This document shows positions 17,094 to 26,298 of a DNA stretch of 64,000 nucleotides, piece after piece. Numbering within the stretch: position 1 is the stretch's first letter; each line of letters opens with the position of its first letter. The position numbers and the translations under genes were made by a program. This DNA comes from Gemmatimonadales bacterium (lineage in GTDB: Bacteria; Gemmatimonadota; Gemmatimonadetes; Gemmatimonadales; GWC2-71-9): positions 58,949 to 122,948 of the forward strand of contig WVYX01000293.1 in assembly GCA_011772755.1 (NCBI GenBank), written 5' to 3'. Below the pieces are notes generated by a model. It saw only the letters and a program-made list of their open reading frames with translations, ran no database searches and was not told the origin of the DNA.

Positions 17094-17139
17094 GATCGGC
17101 GACTGTCGATCTACGATTGCTGATCTGCAATCGCCGATC
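17094..17139. repeat. Four GATC sites at exact 14-nt spacing forming an imperfect hairpin
   Basis: GATC at 17094, 17108, 17122 and 17136; arms 17093-17111 and 17122-17139 match 15/18; divergent intergenic region. Confidence 0.8.
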
Positions 17140-17288
17140 TCCAGCCCACCCCAGCCGTCTCTCGAACCCCGGCGCACTATATGGAAGGTCCGGGCGGCTG
17201 GAGCCGCCTTCCACCGCCCTGGACCGGCAGCTGAGGTCTGCCGTCTCCACCAGTTCCGAGGGCTGGCTACGCCAGCCGGGAGGTTGCC

Positions 17289-17810
17289 ATGCGACACCCC
17301 TGCAAGCCCAGCGGGCTTGCCTTTCTGCCCCTGATCGTTGCGTTAGTTACGATCACGGGCTGTCAGCCGCCGGACCCGGCGGCCGAACTCAAACCGATCA
17401 CCGACGCCTATGTCGAAGCGTGGAACAGCGGGAACCTAGACGGCCTGGACGCCATCATGGATCCGCAGTTTGAGAGACGTGTCAGTCCCGCAAGCGGGAC
17501 AGGCGCTATCGGCATCGACGCCTTGAAAGAGGTCATCGCGGCGTTCCGGACCCAGTTTCCGGATTTCCGCGTGGTGCTCGACGAGGAGATCTTCGCCGCT
17601 GACCGAGCCATTGCTCGTTGGACGTTCACCGGAACCAACACCGGCCCAGGGGATTTCCCTCCCACCGGTCGGGCGGTGACGCTGTCGGGAACCTCAATAA
17701 TCCATCTGAGCGAAGGCCGGATGGTTACCGAGTGGGTTCAATCTGACAATCTCCACTTGTTCCAGCAGCTGGGCTTTACGCTCTCGCCACCGGAGGGAGA
17801 AACCGAGTAG
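17289..17810 (+). CDS. SnoaL-like/ester cyclase (NTF2 fold) lipoprotein
   Basis: LIVALVTITGC lipobox; AYVEAWNSGNLDGLDAIMDP... and GRMVTEWVQSD are typical of SnoaL-like proteins. Confidence 0.75.
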   Translation: MRHPCKPSGLAFLPLIVALVTITGCQPPDPAAELKPITDAYVEAWNSGNLDGLDAIMDPQFERRVSPASGTGAIGIDALKEVIAAFRTQFPDFRVVLDEEIFAADRAIARWTFTGTNTGPGDFPPTGRAVTLSGTSIIHLSEGRMVTEWVQSDNLHLFQQLGFTLSPPEGETE

Positions 17811-17846
17811 CGAGGGAAGCCCTTCCGAGCGTCACGAAGGACCATG

Positions 17847-17879
17847 GGAATCCCACGGCGCGGGTTGCTGTGGGATTCC
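17847..17879 (+). terminator. Stem-loop after the SnoaL-like gene
   Basis: GGAATCCCAC-13 nt-GTGGGATTCC, perfect 10-bp stem 37 nt past the stop; followed only by TT. Confidence 0.4.
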
Positions 17880-18242
17880 TTCACGTCGTGCCCTGTGGTG
17901 TCTCCCACTGCGTCGCGGTGCGATAGTCATCGGCTGATCATCTCCAGGGCTTCATGGTAGGAGATATCGAGGTCGGCGAGCAAGGCCCTGATGGCACCGG
18001 CAGCGGCGGCACTGGTGGTTGTGAGGCGGCCGAGTCACGTGCCCGCCGGGAAACCGACCAAACCCGCTTCAGTTTCACACTTGCGAGACGTACCCGCAAA
18101 GGCACATTGCCGACAATCCGTCGAACCGCCGATGGCCTCGACGGCCCACCGGCGCGGCGCAGCGTGACGACGTGAGCGGCCGGCTGCTGGCCCCACCGGT
18201 GACGGGGTCGTATTGTATAGTGTCCCCCCGAGCGAGTGTTGC

Positions 18243-21122
18243 ATGGCGGATGAACGCGAACGCCTCACGGCGGCGCTAGCCGAGCGGTATCGAGTCGAGC
18301 GCGAGCTGGGTCGCGGCGGGATGGCGACCGTCTACCTGGCCGAAGACCTGAAGCACCACCGCCACGTCGCTATCAAGGTTCTCAAGCCGGAGCTCGCCGC
18401 CGCGCTGGGTCCGGAGCGCTTCCTGCGCGAGATCGAGATCGCCGCCCGGCTCGATCACCCGCACATCCTGCCGCTCTACGACTCGGGCGAAGCGGCTACT
18501 TTCCTGTTCTACGTGATGCCCTACGTCGAGGGCGAGTCCTTGCGTGACCGTCTCGATCGCGAAAAGCAGCTTCCCCTGGACGAGGCATTGCAGACCGCGC
18601 GTGAAGTGGCGGACGCGCTGTCGTACGCGCACAGCCGCGACGTGATCCACCGGGACATCAAGCCCGAGAACATCATGCTGGCGGGCGGGCATGCGCGCGT
18701 CGCGGACTTTGGGATCGCGCGCGCCATCACGGCGGCCGGCGGGGCGCGGCTCACGGAAACCGGACTGGCGATCGGGACGCCGGCATACATGAGCCCTGAG
18801 CAGGCTGCGGGGAGCGCAGACCTGGACGGCCGCAGCGATCTCTATAGCCTCGGCTGCGTGCTGTACGAGATGCTGGCGGGCGAGCCGCCCTTCACCGGCC
18901 CGACTCTCGAGAACGTGATCCACCAGCACCTCACCGCGGAGCCCCCCAGCATCACCATCGTGAGGCCCGTGGTGCCCGCGTCGGTCGCTGCGGCGCTTAC
19001 GCGCGTGCTGGCGAAGACGCCGGCCGACCGGTTCAGTCCGGCCGCGCAGTTCGCCGAAGCGCTCGCAGTGAGCGCGGCGGCCGCATCCCACGCCGCGCCG
19101 GTGGCGGCCGCACCAGCACCTGTGGCACGGCACTGGACGCGCCGGCCCGGGGTCGTGGCCGCCCTAGCAATCGCCCTCGTGGTCGTCGGCTACCTGGCAC
19201 TCCGGGCCATTGGCGTGGGACAGACGGCCACGCTCATTTCCACCGGCGCTATAGAAGAGCGCGAGCGGCTCATCCTCGCCGACTTCGAGAACCGCACGTC
19301 GGATACGACACAGGGCGCGACGGTCACCGAGCTGATGCGGATCGGCTTGTCTCAGTCCCAGGCCGTGTCGGTCATGGATCCCCTCCAGCTCTCCCGCACG
19401 CTCGAGCTCATGCGGCGCGATCCGTCGGAGGGCGTGCCCAGCGCCGTCGCGCTCGAGGCGGCCGAGCGGGAGGGGATGAAGGGCGTGATCACGGGTGAGG
19501 TCGTCGCCGTGGGGAGCGGGCTCGCGATCTCGGCTCGGCTCATCACCACCGCAGGCGAGGTACTCGTTGCGGAGACCGAGAACGCCCGGAGCGCGGACGA
19601 TCTCGTCGCCGCCGTCGATCGGCTCTCGGACCGCCTCCGGGCGCGGTTCGGGGAATCGTTGCGGCTCATTCGCGGCAGCCAGCCGCTGGAGGCGGTCACA
19701 ACTGGATCGATGCGCGCGCTGCGCGTCTTCTCCCAAGGGCTCCAGGCGTGGAATCAGGGCGACAACGCCCGCGCGCTCCAGTTGCTCAAGGAGGCGATCG
19801 CCGAGGACTCGACGTTTGCCATGGCGTGGCGCAAGCTCGCGATCATTCTGTGGAACAACCAGGCGCAACGGTCGCTCGCGGTCGAGGCGGCGACGAGGGC
19901 GCACGAGCTGCGCGACCGGCTCACCGCCAGAGAGCGCTACCTCGTCACGGCGGCATACCACACCGTCGTAACCGGCAACCGCGATCAACAGATCAGCGCG
20001 TACCGGACCGTGCTCGACATGCACCCCAACGACGCGTACGCGCTCAACAACATCGGTGTCGTGTACAGTCAGCTGCGGGACCCGGAACGCTCCGCGGAGT
20101 ACTACGCGCGGGCGCTCGGCGTGGACTCGACCCTTCGGTTGCACTACAGCAATCTCTCGGGCGCGCTGGCGCGCCTTCGATTGTTCGACTCAGCGGCGGT
20201 GATCGCACGGCGCTTCGAGGAACGCTTCCCGGAGAACCCCGAGGTCAAGCTGGCGTACGTGTTGAACGCGGCATACCGCCAGGATTACGACAGCGCCCGC
20301 GTGCTGGTGCAGGCTCTGCTCGACGATCAGCGCGGCACGGTGTGGTGGGAGGCCATCGCCTACGAATGGTGGGGACATCTCGACGCCCTTAGCGGGCGCT
20401 TCGAGTCGGCCCAGCGGCTGTGGCGCCGGGCGTTCGGTCTCACCTCCGAGCAGGGGCTGCGGGGTCAGTACCTGCTGCGCATAGCCCGTCGCGCCATCCT
20501 CGAGCGCCTCTTGTTGAACGACTCGGTTCGTGCCCTCCGTCTCCTCGATGAAGCGCTGCGGCTCCATCCGCTTGAGGAGCTGGCGCCGCTCGACCGGCCG
20601 TACGGCCATCTCGCGGTCGCGTTCGCCGCCGCCGGGGAGACCGATCGCGCCCGAAGCCTGCTCGCCGAGTACGAAGCCACGCCCGAGGCGGACCGGAGCG
20701 AGAACGCCATTCTATGGACTCACGGCGCTCGGGGCGTGATCGCACTCGCTGAAGGCCGACCCGAGGAAGCGATCGAGCAGCTGCGGCAGTTCGATGACGG
20801 CAACGAGTGCTGGACCTGCGCGTACCCCTGGCTGGCGCGTGCCTACGACCGACTCGGCGTGGAAGACTCGGTGCGAGTGCTGTACGAACGGTTCGCCGAG
20901 ATTCCATCGGCCGACCTGTGGTACGACGGGGCGCACCTGGCCCACGGCTACATGCGGCTCGGCGAGCTGTACGAGAAACGGGGCGAGCGGGAGAAGGCCG
21001 CGCACTACTACGGCCGCTTCGTCAGCCTGTGGGAGCAGGCGGATCCGGCGCTGCAGGACTGGGTCCGCCAGGCCCGTGAGGCCCTCTCGCGCGTGACGGC
21101 CGAGGCGAGCGGCACCGACTGA
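18243..21122 (+). CDS. Ser/Thr protein kinase with TM helix and C-terminal TPR region
   Basis: Trimmed to ATG 18243; RYRVERELGRGGMATVYLAEDLKHHRHVAIK, HRDIKPEN, DFG, SPEQ motifs; VVAALAIALVVVGYLAL TM; TPR-like repeats. Confidence 0.9.
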   Translation: MADERERLTAALAERYRVERELGRGGMATVYLAEDLKHHRHVAIKVLKPELAAALGPERFLREIEIAARLDHPHILPLYDSGEAATFLFYVMPYVEGESLRDRLDREKQLPLDEALQTAREVADALSYAHSRDVIHRDIKPENIMLAGGHARVADFGIARAITAAGGARLTETGLAIGTPAYMSPEQAAGSADLDGRSDLYSLGCVLYEMLAGEPPFTGPTLENVIHQHLTAEPPSITIVRPVVPASVAAALTRVLAKTPADRFSPAAQFAEALAVSAAAASHAAPVAAAPAPVARHWTRRPGVVAALAIALVVVGYLALRAIGVGQTATLISTGAIEERERLILADFENRTSDTTQGATVTELMRIGLSQSQAVSVMDPLQLSRTLELMRRDPSEGVPSAVALEAAEREGMKGVITGEVVAVGSGLAISARLITTAGEVLVAETENARSADDLVAAVDRLSDRLRARFGESLRLIRGSQPLEAVTTGSMRALRVFSQGLQAWNQGDNARALQLLKEAIAEDSTFAMAWRKLAIILWNNQAQRSLAVEAATRAHELRDRLTARERYLVTAAYHTVVTGNRDQQISAYRTVLDMHPNDAYALNNIGVVYSQLRDPERSAEYYARALGVDSTLRLHYSNLSGALARLRLFDSAAVIARRFEERFPENPEVKLAYVLNAAYRQDYDSARVLVQALLDDQRGTVWWEAIAYEWWGHLDALSGRFESAQRLWRRAFGLTSEQGLRGQYLLRIARRAILERLLLNDSVRALRLLDEALRLHPLEELAPLDRPYGHLAVAFAAAGETDRARSLLAEYEATPEADRSENAILWTHGARGVIALAEGRPEEAIEQLRQFDDGNECWTCAYPWLARAYDRLGVEDSVRVLYERFAEIPSADLWYDGAHLAHGYMRLGELYEKRGEREKAAHYYGRFVSLWEQADPALQDWVRQAREALSRVTAEASGTD

Positions 21123-21175
21123 TCGTTAGCGCTTCAGCATCGGTCCAAACCACAGGCAGAGCCTCCGGAGCAATC

Positions 21176-21562
21176 ATGTCCCACGAGATGGGAACGTGCC
21201 GCGTCGATATCGAGATCGAGAACCCAATGCGCCCCGGGAAGTTGTGCGCGTTGAGGTCAGTGCTGGTGCACACCGGCGCCGAACTCTCCTGGATCCCCGC
21301 CGAGTTGCTCGAATCACTCGGCATCGAGCGCTACAGCCGGTGGCGGTTTCGACAAGCGGACGGTACGATCCTGGAGCGATGGACCGGATCCGCGTTTGTG
21401 CACCTTGGGGGGAAGCGGGCCACCGATGACGTGGTGTTCGGTGAGCCGGGCGACCTGGCAGTGTTGGGTGCGCGCTCGCTGGAAGGGCTCAATCTGCGCA
21501 TTGACCCGGTGAGCAGGCGACTGGTGGACGCCGGCCCGGCTCCGGCCGCCGCAACGGCATAG
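21176..21562 (+). CDS. Retropepsin-like (clan AA) aspartyl-protease-fold protein, with His at the catalytic-Asp position
   Basis: Matches the bacterial 'predicted aspartyl protease' pattern (…LV-D-[ST]-G-A…LLGxxxLExLGLxxDP) but reads LVHTGAE. Confidence 0.6.
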   Translation: MSHEMGTCRVDIEIENPMRPGKLCALRSVLVHTGAELSWIPAELLESLGIERYSRWRFRQADGTILERWTGSAFVHLGGKRATDDVVFGEPGDLAVLGARSLEGLNLRIDPVSRRLVDAGPAPAAATA

Positions 21563-21577
21563 GCGTGACGCGCTCCC

Positions 21578-21775
21578 TCACTGCGCGCCACTACCGACCC
21601 CATGTTCCCGCTCGATCATGACCTCTCGAATGATCACGCGGAGATTCCGGGGCGTCTCGGATGTCGGCACGACGAAATCCCGGTAGTACGTGCCGGTGCC
21701 ATCTTCGTAGGCATCCCCGATGAACTGTGCGTTGTCGATTCCAAAGGCGACGTGGTCCCCACGGAACGGCCCCAT
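21578..21775 (-). CDS. Hypothetical small protein (65 aa)
   Basis: ATG with GGGGA upstream; plausible composition; no family recognised. Confidence 0.3.
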   Translation of the reverse strand: MGPFRGDHVAFGIDNAQFIGDAYEDGTGTYYRDFVVPTSETPRNLRVIIREVMIEREHGVGSGAQ

Positions 21776-21869
21776 CCGATCCCCGGCGGTGGACCGTGGA
21801 GTGACGGAGACCCGGAAGCGCCGATTCGCCCGCCACGTTTGGAGTTATGTCGCTCTAGAGGCGTCGAGC

Positions 21870-22763
21870 TCAACCCGCCACCGGCTCAGGTGCACTCGCC
21901 TCGCGGAACTCGAACCCCTCTATCGACACGGTGTGCTCACCAGTCTCCGGGTCGTGGCGGATGCAGGACTTGGTCGGGTAGAACCCACTCCGCCCGACGG
22001 CGGGTGGTGACTTTATGGGGTAGCACGCGTTCGGCAGGCTGAGCATGAACGCACGCGTCAGCATCTCCTCATAGAATATGACTTCGCCATCATACACGCC
22101 GAAGATCCAACTGCGCTTCCACTCCTCGCCAGCAAACTCAGGACCCGTCACGTCAATGAGGTGATTCCCCATTGCCGGGACCACCGCATCGACATCTTGA
22201 AAATCGGGGCTCATGTAGTTGGGAGGGAGCGGCTTCTTGGCCAACTCGTGCTGGTCGCAGCGAATGAACTCCAGACCACACGGTCCATCCTCCAGCGCAA
22301 AGACACTCGCGATCGGCACCATGTAGAAATGGACGTCAAAGTGCGGCACGTCGTAGATGCCGGGTGGGATATGCCCCGCTGGGTTCCAGTTGAACAGTGC
22401 CCACTTGAACGGAACATCTGACCGCTTGGACACGGCATCGGGCAACGGGATAACGAACTCATGCGTGGGGATACACTCGCTGTCCACTTCCACCCGACCG
22501 TCGCCGTCTCGATCGAAACAGTGATGTTGGTCGGACGGCTCGGTGGGCAGCCCCTCCAACGCGCCGGACGAGTAGACAACCCCGATCGCCGTCGGCAAAT
22601 CGCCGCCGTCGAACTCGGCATACGTGGACACGGTCCCGTTTCCGAGCTCGATACTCTGACCCACGACGCGTTCCGTGGCCTCACTGCTCGGGCTGCAGCC
22701 GACCACGACCACGGATGTAACCACCACGAACAAGCTCGATGCGACAATTGGGAGGGGTCTCAT
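21870..22763 (-). CDS. Hypothetical lipoprotein (possibly DUF5602-like)
   Basis: SVVVVGCSPSS lipobox; NWNPAGH...PHFDVHFY segment; the family name comes from memory and is uncertain. Confidence 0.6.
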   Translation of the reverse strand: MRPLPIVASSLFVVVTSVVVVGCSPSSEATERVVGQSIELGNGTVSTYAEFDGGDLPTAIGVVYSSGALEGLPTEPSDQHHCFDRDGDGRVEVDSECIPTHEFVIPLPDAVSKRSDVPFKWALFNWNPAGHIPPGIYDVPHFDVHFYMVPIASVFALEDGPCGLEFIRCDQHELAKKPLPPNYMSPDFQDVDAVVPAMGNHLIDVTGPEFAGEEWKRSWIFGVYDGEVIFYEEMLTRAFMLSLPNACYPIKSPPAVGRSGFYPTKSCIRHDPETGEHTVSIEGFEFREASAPEPVAG

Positions 22764-23006
22764 TGTTCTTTACCTCGCTCAGAGTCATCTACAACGCGCA
22801 CAGCGCTGGCTGCGGAACTGGCGCAAGCATTCAGATAGAGGGCGTCACGCCGGCGCCGGGCGTCGAGGCCATCGGCAGGCCGGACCAACCCGATAAAGAT
22901 GCTCGGATTACCGTAGGGTGCAAGGGGCGGGCGCTATTCCTTCATAGCAGCGGGCAGAACAACAGAATCCCGTCGCAGGGCAACAAGCCTCGATCTGTCC
23001 TTTCCC

Positions 23007-23036
23007 TTGACCCAACCCCACTCATATCGGTAGTCT
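23007..23036 (+). promoter_or_regulatory. Candidate sigma70-type promoter of the padR-permease pair
   Basis: TTGACC (23007-12), 18 nt, TAGTCT (23031-36); AT-rich imperfect palindromes follow (TATCGATA at 23056-63). Confidence 0.25.
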
Positions 23037-23072
23037 ATGCGAACGACATATAGATTATCGATAGGAATCGCC

Positions 23073-23405
23073 ATGGGCACCAGCCAGACCGATCTCGTCC
23101 GCGGTACCCTCGATATGCTCATATTGAAGACACTCTCCCTCCAACCGATGCACGGGTTGGGGATCTCGCGTCGCATGGCGCAGATCACGGACGGGGCGTT
23201 CAAGGTCAAACCCGGTTCGTTGTTCCCGGCGCTCCACCGCCTCGAACAGGAAGGGTGGATCGTAGGCGTGTGGGGCGAGTCGGAGAACAACCGGCGCGCC
23301 AAATATTACAAGCTGACGGCCTCAGGTCGTCGCCGGCTCGGGGAAGAGACGCGCAACTGGATGCAGGCGCTCACGGCGATAACCCGAATCCTCGAAACCA
23401 CCTAG
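23073..23405 (+). CDS. PadR family transcriptional regulator
   Basis: Trimmed to ATG 23073; LVRGTLDMLILKTLSLQPMHGLGI...GSLFPALHRLEQEGWI...YYKLT is the canonical PadR winged helix. Confidence 0.9.
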   Translation: MGTSQTDLVRGTLDMLILKTLSLQPMHGLGISRRMAQITDGAFKVKPGSLFPALHRLEQEGWIVGVWGESENNRRAKYYKLTASGRRRLGEETRNWMQALTAITRILETT

Positions 23406-23414
23406 GGGAAGGGC

Positions 23415-26105
23415 ATGCGGGCCTACACGCTACTGGTAAGCACGCTGCGAACACTCTTCCGAAAAAAGGAATTGGATAACGACCTGACGGAAGAGTTGCG
23501 GAGCTTCGTGGACATGGTGGCGGACGAGAAGATTCGAGCGGGCGCGAGTCCAGAGGATGCGTACCGCCAGGCCCGGATCGAACTAGGCGGCTTTACGCAG
23601 GTGACCGAACGAGTCCGAGAAGGGCGACTCGGGGCAAAGATCGGGACGTTCTTCCAAGATCTGCGATACGCCGCGCGCTCCCTGCGTCGCAGCCCGGGCT
23701 TCGCGATCGTGGCCATCCTGACGCTGGGCCTCGGGATAGGCGCCAACACCGCCATCTTCAGCCTGTACAACGCCCTGGTCCTCAGGACACTCCCGGTGCG
23801 GAATCCAGAGGAGTTGGTGCAGGTGACGTATGGGGACGGAAGAACGTACTTCACGAACCCGCTCTGGGAAGAGCTGAACTTGCAGCAGGATGCGCTATCG
23901 GGTGCGTTCGCCTTTGGGAGCGCCAACTTCAACCTGGCCGACGGCGGCGAGGTGAGGAACGTCCCAGGGTACTGGGTGAGCGGCGACTTCTTTCCTGTCC
24001 TCGGCGTCCGCCCCGTGCTAGGCCGCCTGCTTGCGAACAGCGATGACTACCGTGGCTGCCCGGCGGTTGCGGTGGTGAGTTATGGTTTTTGGCAGCGCGA
24101 GTTCGGTGGTGCGACCGACGTGGTCGGCACAACGTTGAGGCTGGACGGCAACGCCTTCGAGGTGGTAGGTGTCGTCCATGCTGCGTTCTCTGGTGTGGAT
24201 GTGGGAACAGCGATTGATGTATACACGCCGATCTGCACAGTACCGGTGATCTTTCGCGGAGACGGGCTGTTGGACCACAGGAGCTATTTGTTCCTCAACG
24301 TTCTCGGCCGCCTTGCCCCTGGTCTGACCGCCCTGCAGGCTGGGGCCCGCCTGGCTACGCTTTCGTCGCGCGTATTCGGCGCAACGGTCCCGCAAGACTA
24401 TGATGCCGAAGCCCAAGCCCGGTACCGCGCATACACGTTTGCAGTGCGGGCAGCCCCGAACGGCGTGTCCGAGTTGCGGGGACGATACCGCGCCGCGCTT
24501 CTGGTATTGCTGGCAGTGGTGGGTGTAGTGCTGCTTATCGCCTGCGGCAACGTGGCGAGCCTGTTGCTGGCCCGCGCAACGAGGCGACAACACGAGGTGG
24601 CGATCCGGCGAGCGATCGGCTCGGGACGTGGACGGCTCGTCCGGCTACTGGTGACCGAGAGCCTGCTGCTCTCACTCTTGAGCGCTGTCGTCGCCGTCGT
24701 TTTCGCACGCTGGGCAAGCATTCTTCTGGTCGGGATGCTCTCCACGCGCAGCAACCTGTGGCTCGATCTCACCCTGGATTTGAGGGTTCTGGGCTTTACG
24801 ATGGCCGTGGCCACACTCACCGGCGTACTGTTCGGGCTGGCTCCAGCGTGGCGCTCGACAGGTGTCGCACCGCAAGCTGCGCTGCGAACAGCCAGGCAAG
24901 CGGTCACCGCTCGGCGCGGTCGGTTCGCGACGGGCAAGCTGCTAGTGATCGCGCAGCTCGCAATGTCGTTGTCTTTGGTCGTGGTTGCCGGCTTGTTGAT
25001 CGGTACCCTGACACGGCTGCAGAGACTCAACCCGGGTTTCAACCGTGACGGCGTTCTGTTGGTCTCGATTGACAAACGCAATGCGAGGTTCTCACCGGAG
25101 GAATCCCGCCAGGTGAATCAGGAACTGCTCACGCGTATGCGTGCCCTGCCTGGCGTTTCATCCGCGAGTGCGTCCCTGCTCACACCGATCAGTGGCAGCT
25201 CAGCGAGCACTCTTGTAGAGGTCGATGGGTACACGCCGTCCGTCCGGCAGGACATGCGTGTACGGTTCAACAGAACCAGCGACGCATTCTTCGCGACGCT
25301 GGAGACGCCGCTCTTGGCCGGTCGTGACTTCGATTCCCGCGATACCCCGCAGTCTATTCAAGTCGCGGTGATCAACGAGACCATGGCACACAGGTTCTTC
25401 TCCGAGTCGCAGCCGCTGGGGCGGCAGTTCCACCAACCGCGGGCTAGTGGTGATGCTCAGGCCTACGAGGTGATTGGCGTGGTCGCGGACACGAAATACC
25501 GATCCATCGGGGAAGCGACACAGCTAATTGTGTACTTCCCCCTGAGCCAGGAGGGGGGCTTTCCGGGTCCGGCGCTCCAGTTTCAGGTCCGGACCGATGG
25601 CGCACCTACCACTCTCGTCCCGGCGGTGGTCAGCCTGATGGAGGAAGTGCATCCGAGAATCTCCGTTCGGTTCTCGACCTTGGAGGACGACGTGGCGGCA
25701 TCACTCGCGCAGCCGAGGGTACTTGCCGTGCTTTCCGGGTTCTTCGGTGCCGTCGCCCTGTTGCTCGCGATGATCGGGCTTTACGGAACGCTCTCGTATC
25801 GGGTTACCAGCCGGCGCAACGAGATCGGTGTGCGGCTGGCTCTGGGAGCCGCGCGGACGCACGTGCTCGGGATGGTGATCGGCGAGGTCTGTCGCTTGGC
25901 AGTCGCGGGTATTGCGCTCGGCGTGGTCGTTGCGCTCGCGAGCACGCGGCTCTTGGCGACGTTCCTCTTCGGCGTGACAGCCACCGATCCAACAACGCTC
26001 GTTATGTCGGTAGTGGTGCTCGCAACGGTAGCCGTAGCGGCCGGCGCGCTACCAGCATGGCACGCGACTCGGCTCGATCCCATGGAGGCACTCAGGGAAG
26101 AGTAG
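23415..26105 (+). CDS. ADOP-family duplicated ABC permease (two MacB-like periplasmic + FtsX domains)
   Basis: 896 aa; FtsX-type 4-TM modules twice; C-terminal ...RATRLDPMEALREE; padR-linked as is typical. Confidence 0.85.
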   Translation: MRAYTLLVSTLRTLFRKKELDNDLTEELRSFVDMVADEKIRAGASPEDAYRQARIELGGFTQVTERVREGRLGAKIGTFFQDLRYAARSLRRSPGFAIVAILTLGLGIGANTAIFSLYNALVLRTLPVRNPEELVQVTYGDGRTYFTNPLWEELNLQQDALSGAFAFGSANFNLADGGEVRNVPGYWVSGDFFPVLGVRPVLGRLLANSDDYRGCPAVAVVSYGFWQREFGGATDVVGTTLRLDGNAFEVVGVVHAAFSGVDVGTAIDVYTPICTVPVIFRGDGLLDHRSYLFLNVLGRLAPGLTALQAGARLATLSSRVFGATVPQDYDAEAQARYRAYTFAVRAAPNGVSELRGRYRAALLVLLAVVGVVLLIACGNVASLLLARATRRQHEVAIRRAIGSGRGRLVRLLVTESLLLSLLSAVVAVVFARWASILLVGMLSTRSNLWLDLTLDLRVLGFTMAVATLTGVLFGLAPAWRSTGVAPQAALRTARQAVTARRGRFATGKLLVIAQLAMSLSLVVVAGLLIGTLTRLQRLNPGFNRDGVLLVSIDKRNARFSPEESRQVNQELLTRMRALPGVSSASASLLTPISGSSASTLVEVDGYTPSVRQDMRVRFNRTSDAFFATLETPLLAGRDFDSRDTPQSIQVAVINETMAHRFFSESQPLGRQFHQPRASGDAQAYEVIGVVADTKYRSIGEATQLIVYFPLSQEGGFPGPALQFQVRTDGAPTTLVPAVVSLMEEVHPRISVRFSTLEDDVAASLAQPRVLAVLSGFFGAVALLLAMIGLYGTLSYRVTSRRNEIGVRLALGAARTHVLGMVIGEVCRLAVAGIALGVVVALASTRLLATFLFGVTATDPTTLVMSVVVLATVAVAAGALPAWHATRLDPMEALREE

Positions 26106-26298
26106 GCAGGGAGACGCGTCGTTGCACGGCTCGAAGACCACCAGCGAGCCGTCACCCGTTCATACCACACGGGCACCCGTTCATCGGATGCCCCTTCCGT
26201 CATCTACGACCATCGCCCCTAGCCCCCCGCCGCCCCCGGTGGTTACCGTACCTGACGCCGAACCAAACAGGAGACTTCAACACGCATGTTGAGAGCGC

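Noticed and set aside
17930-18030. Minus-strand remnant reading ...AAAAGAIRALLADLDISYHEALEMISR* that resembles the C-terminus of a small regulatory or antitoxin-like protein
   Set aside because: An in-frame stop lies just upstream, and the only start candidate is a TTG giving 18 aa. It is probably a decayed fragment.
18276-20144. Long antisense ORFs (18276..19133, 19164..20144) opposite the Ser/Thr kinase; similar ones at 27217..28278, 30041..31141, 30639..31838, 34196..35047, 42714..43547 and 56781..57818
   Set aside because: Their composition is Arg/Gly/Pro/His-rich and low-complexity with no recognisable motifs. Each lies opposite a gene with strong family signatures. They are GC-driven open frames.
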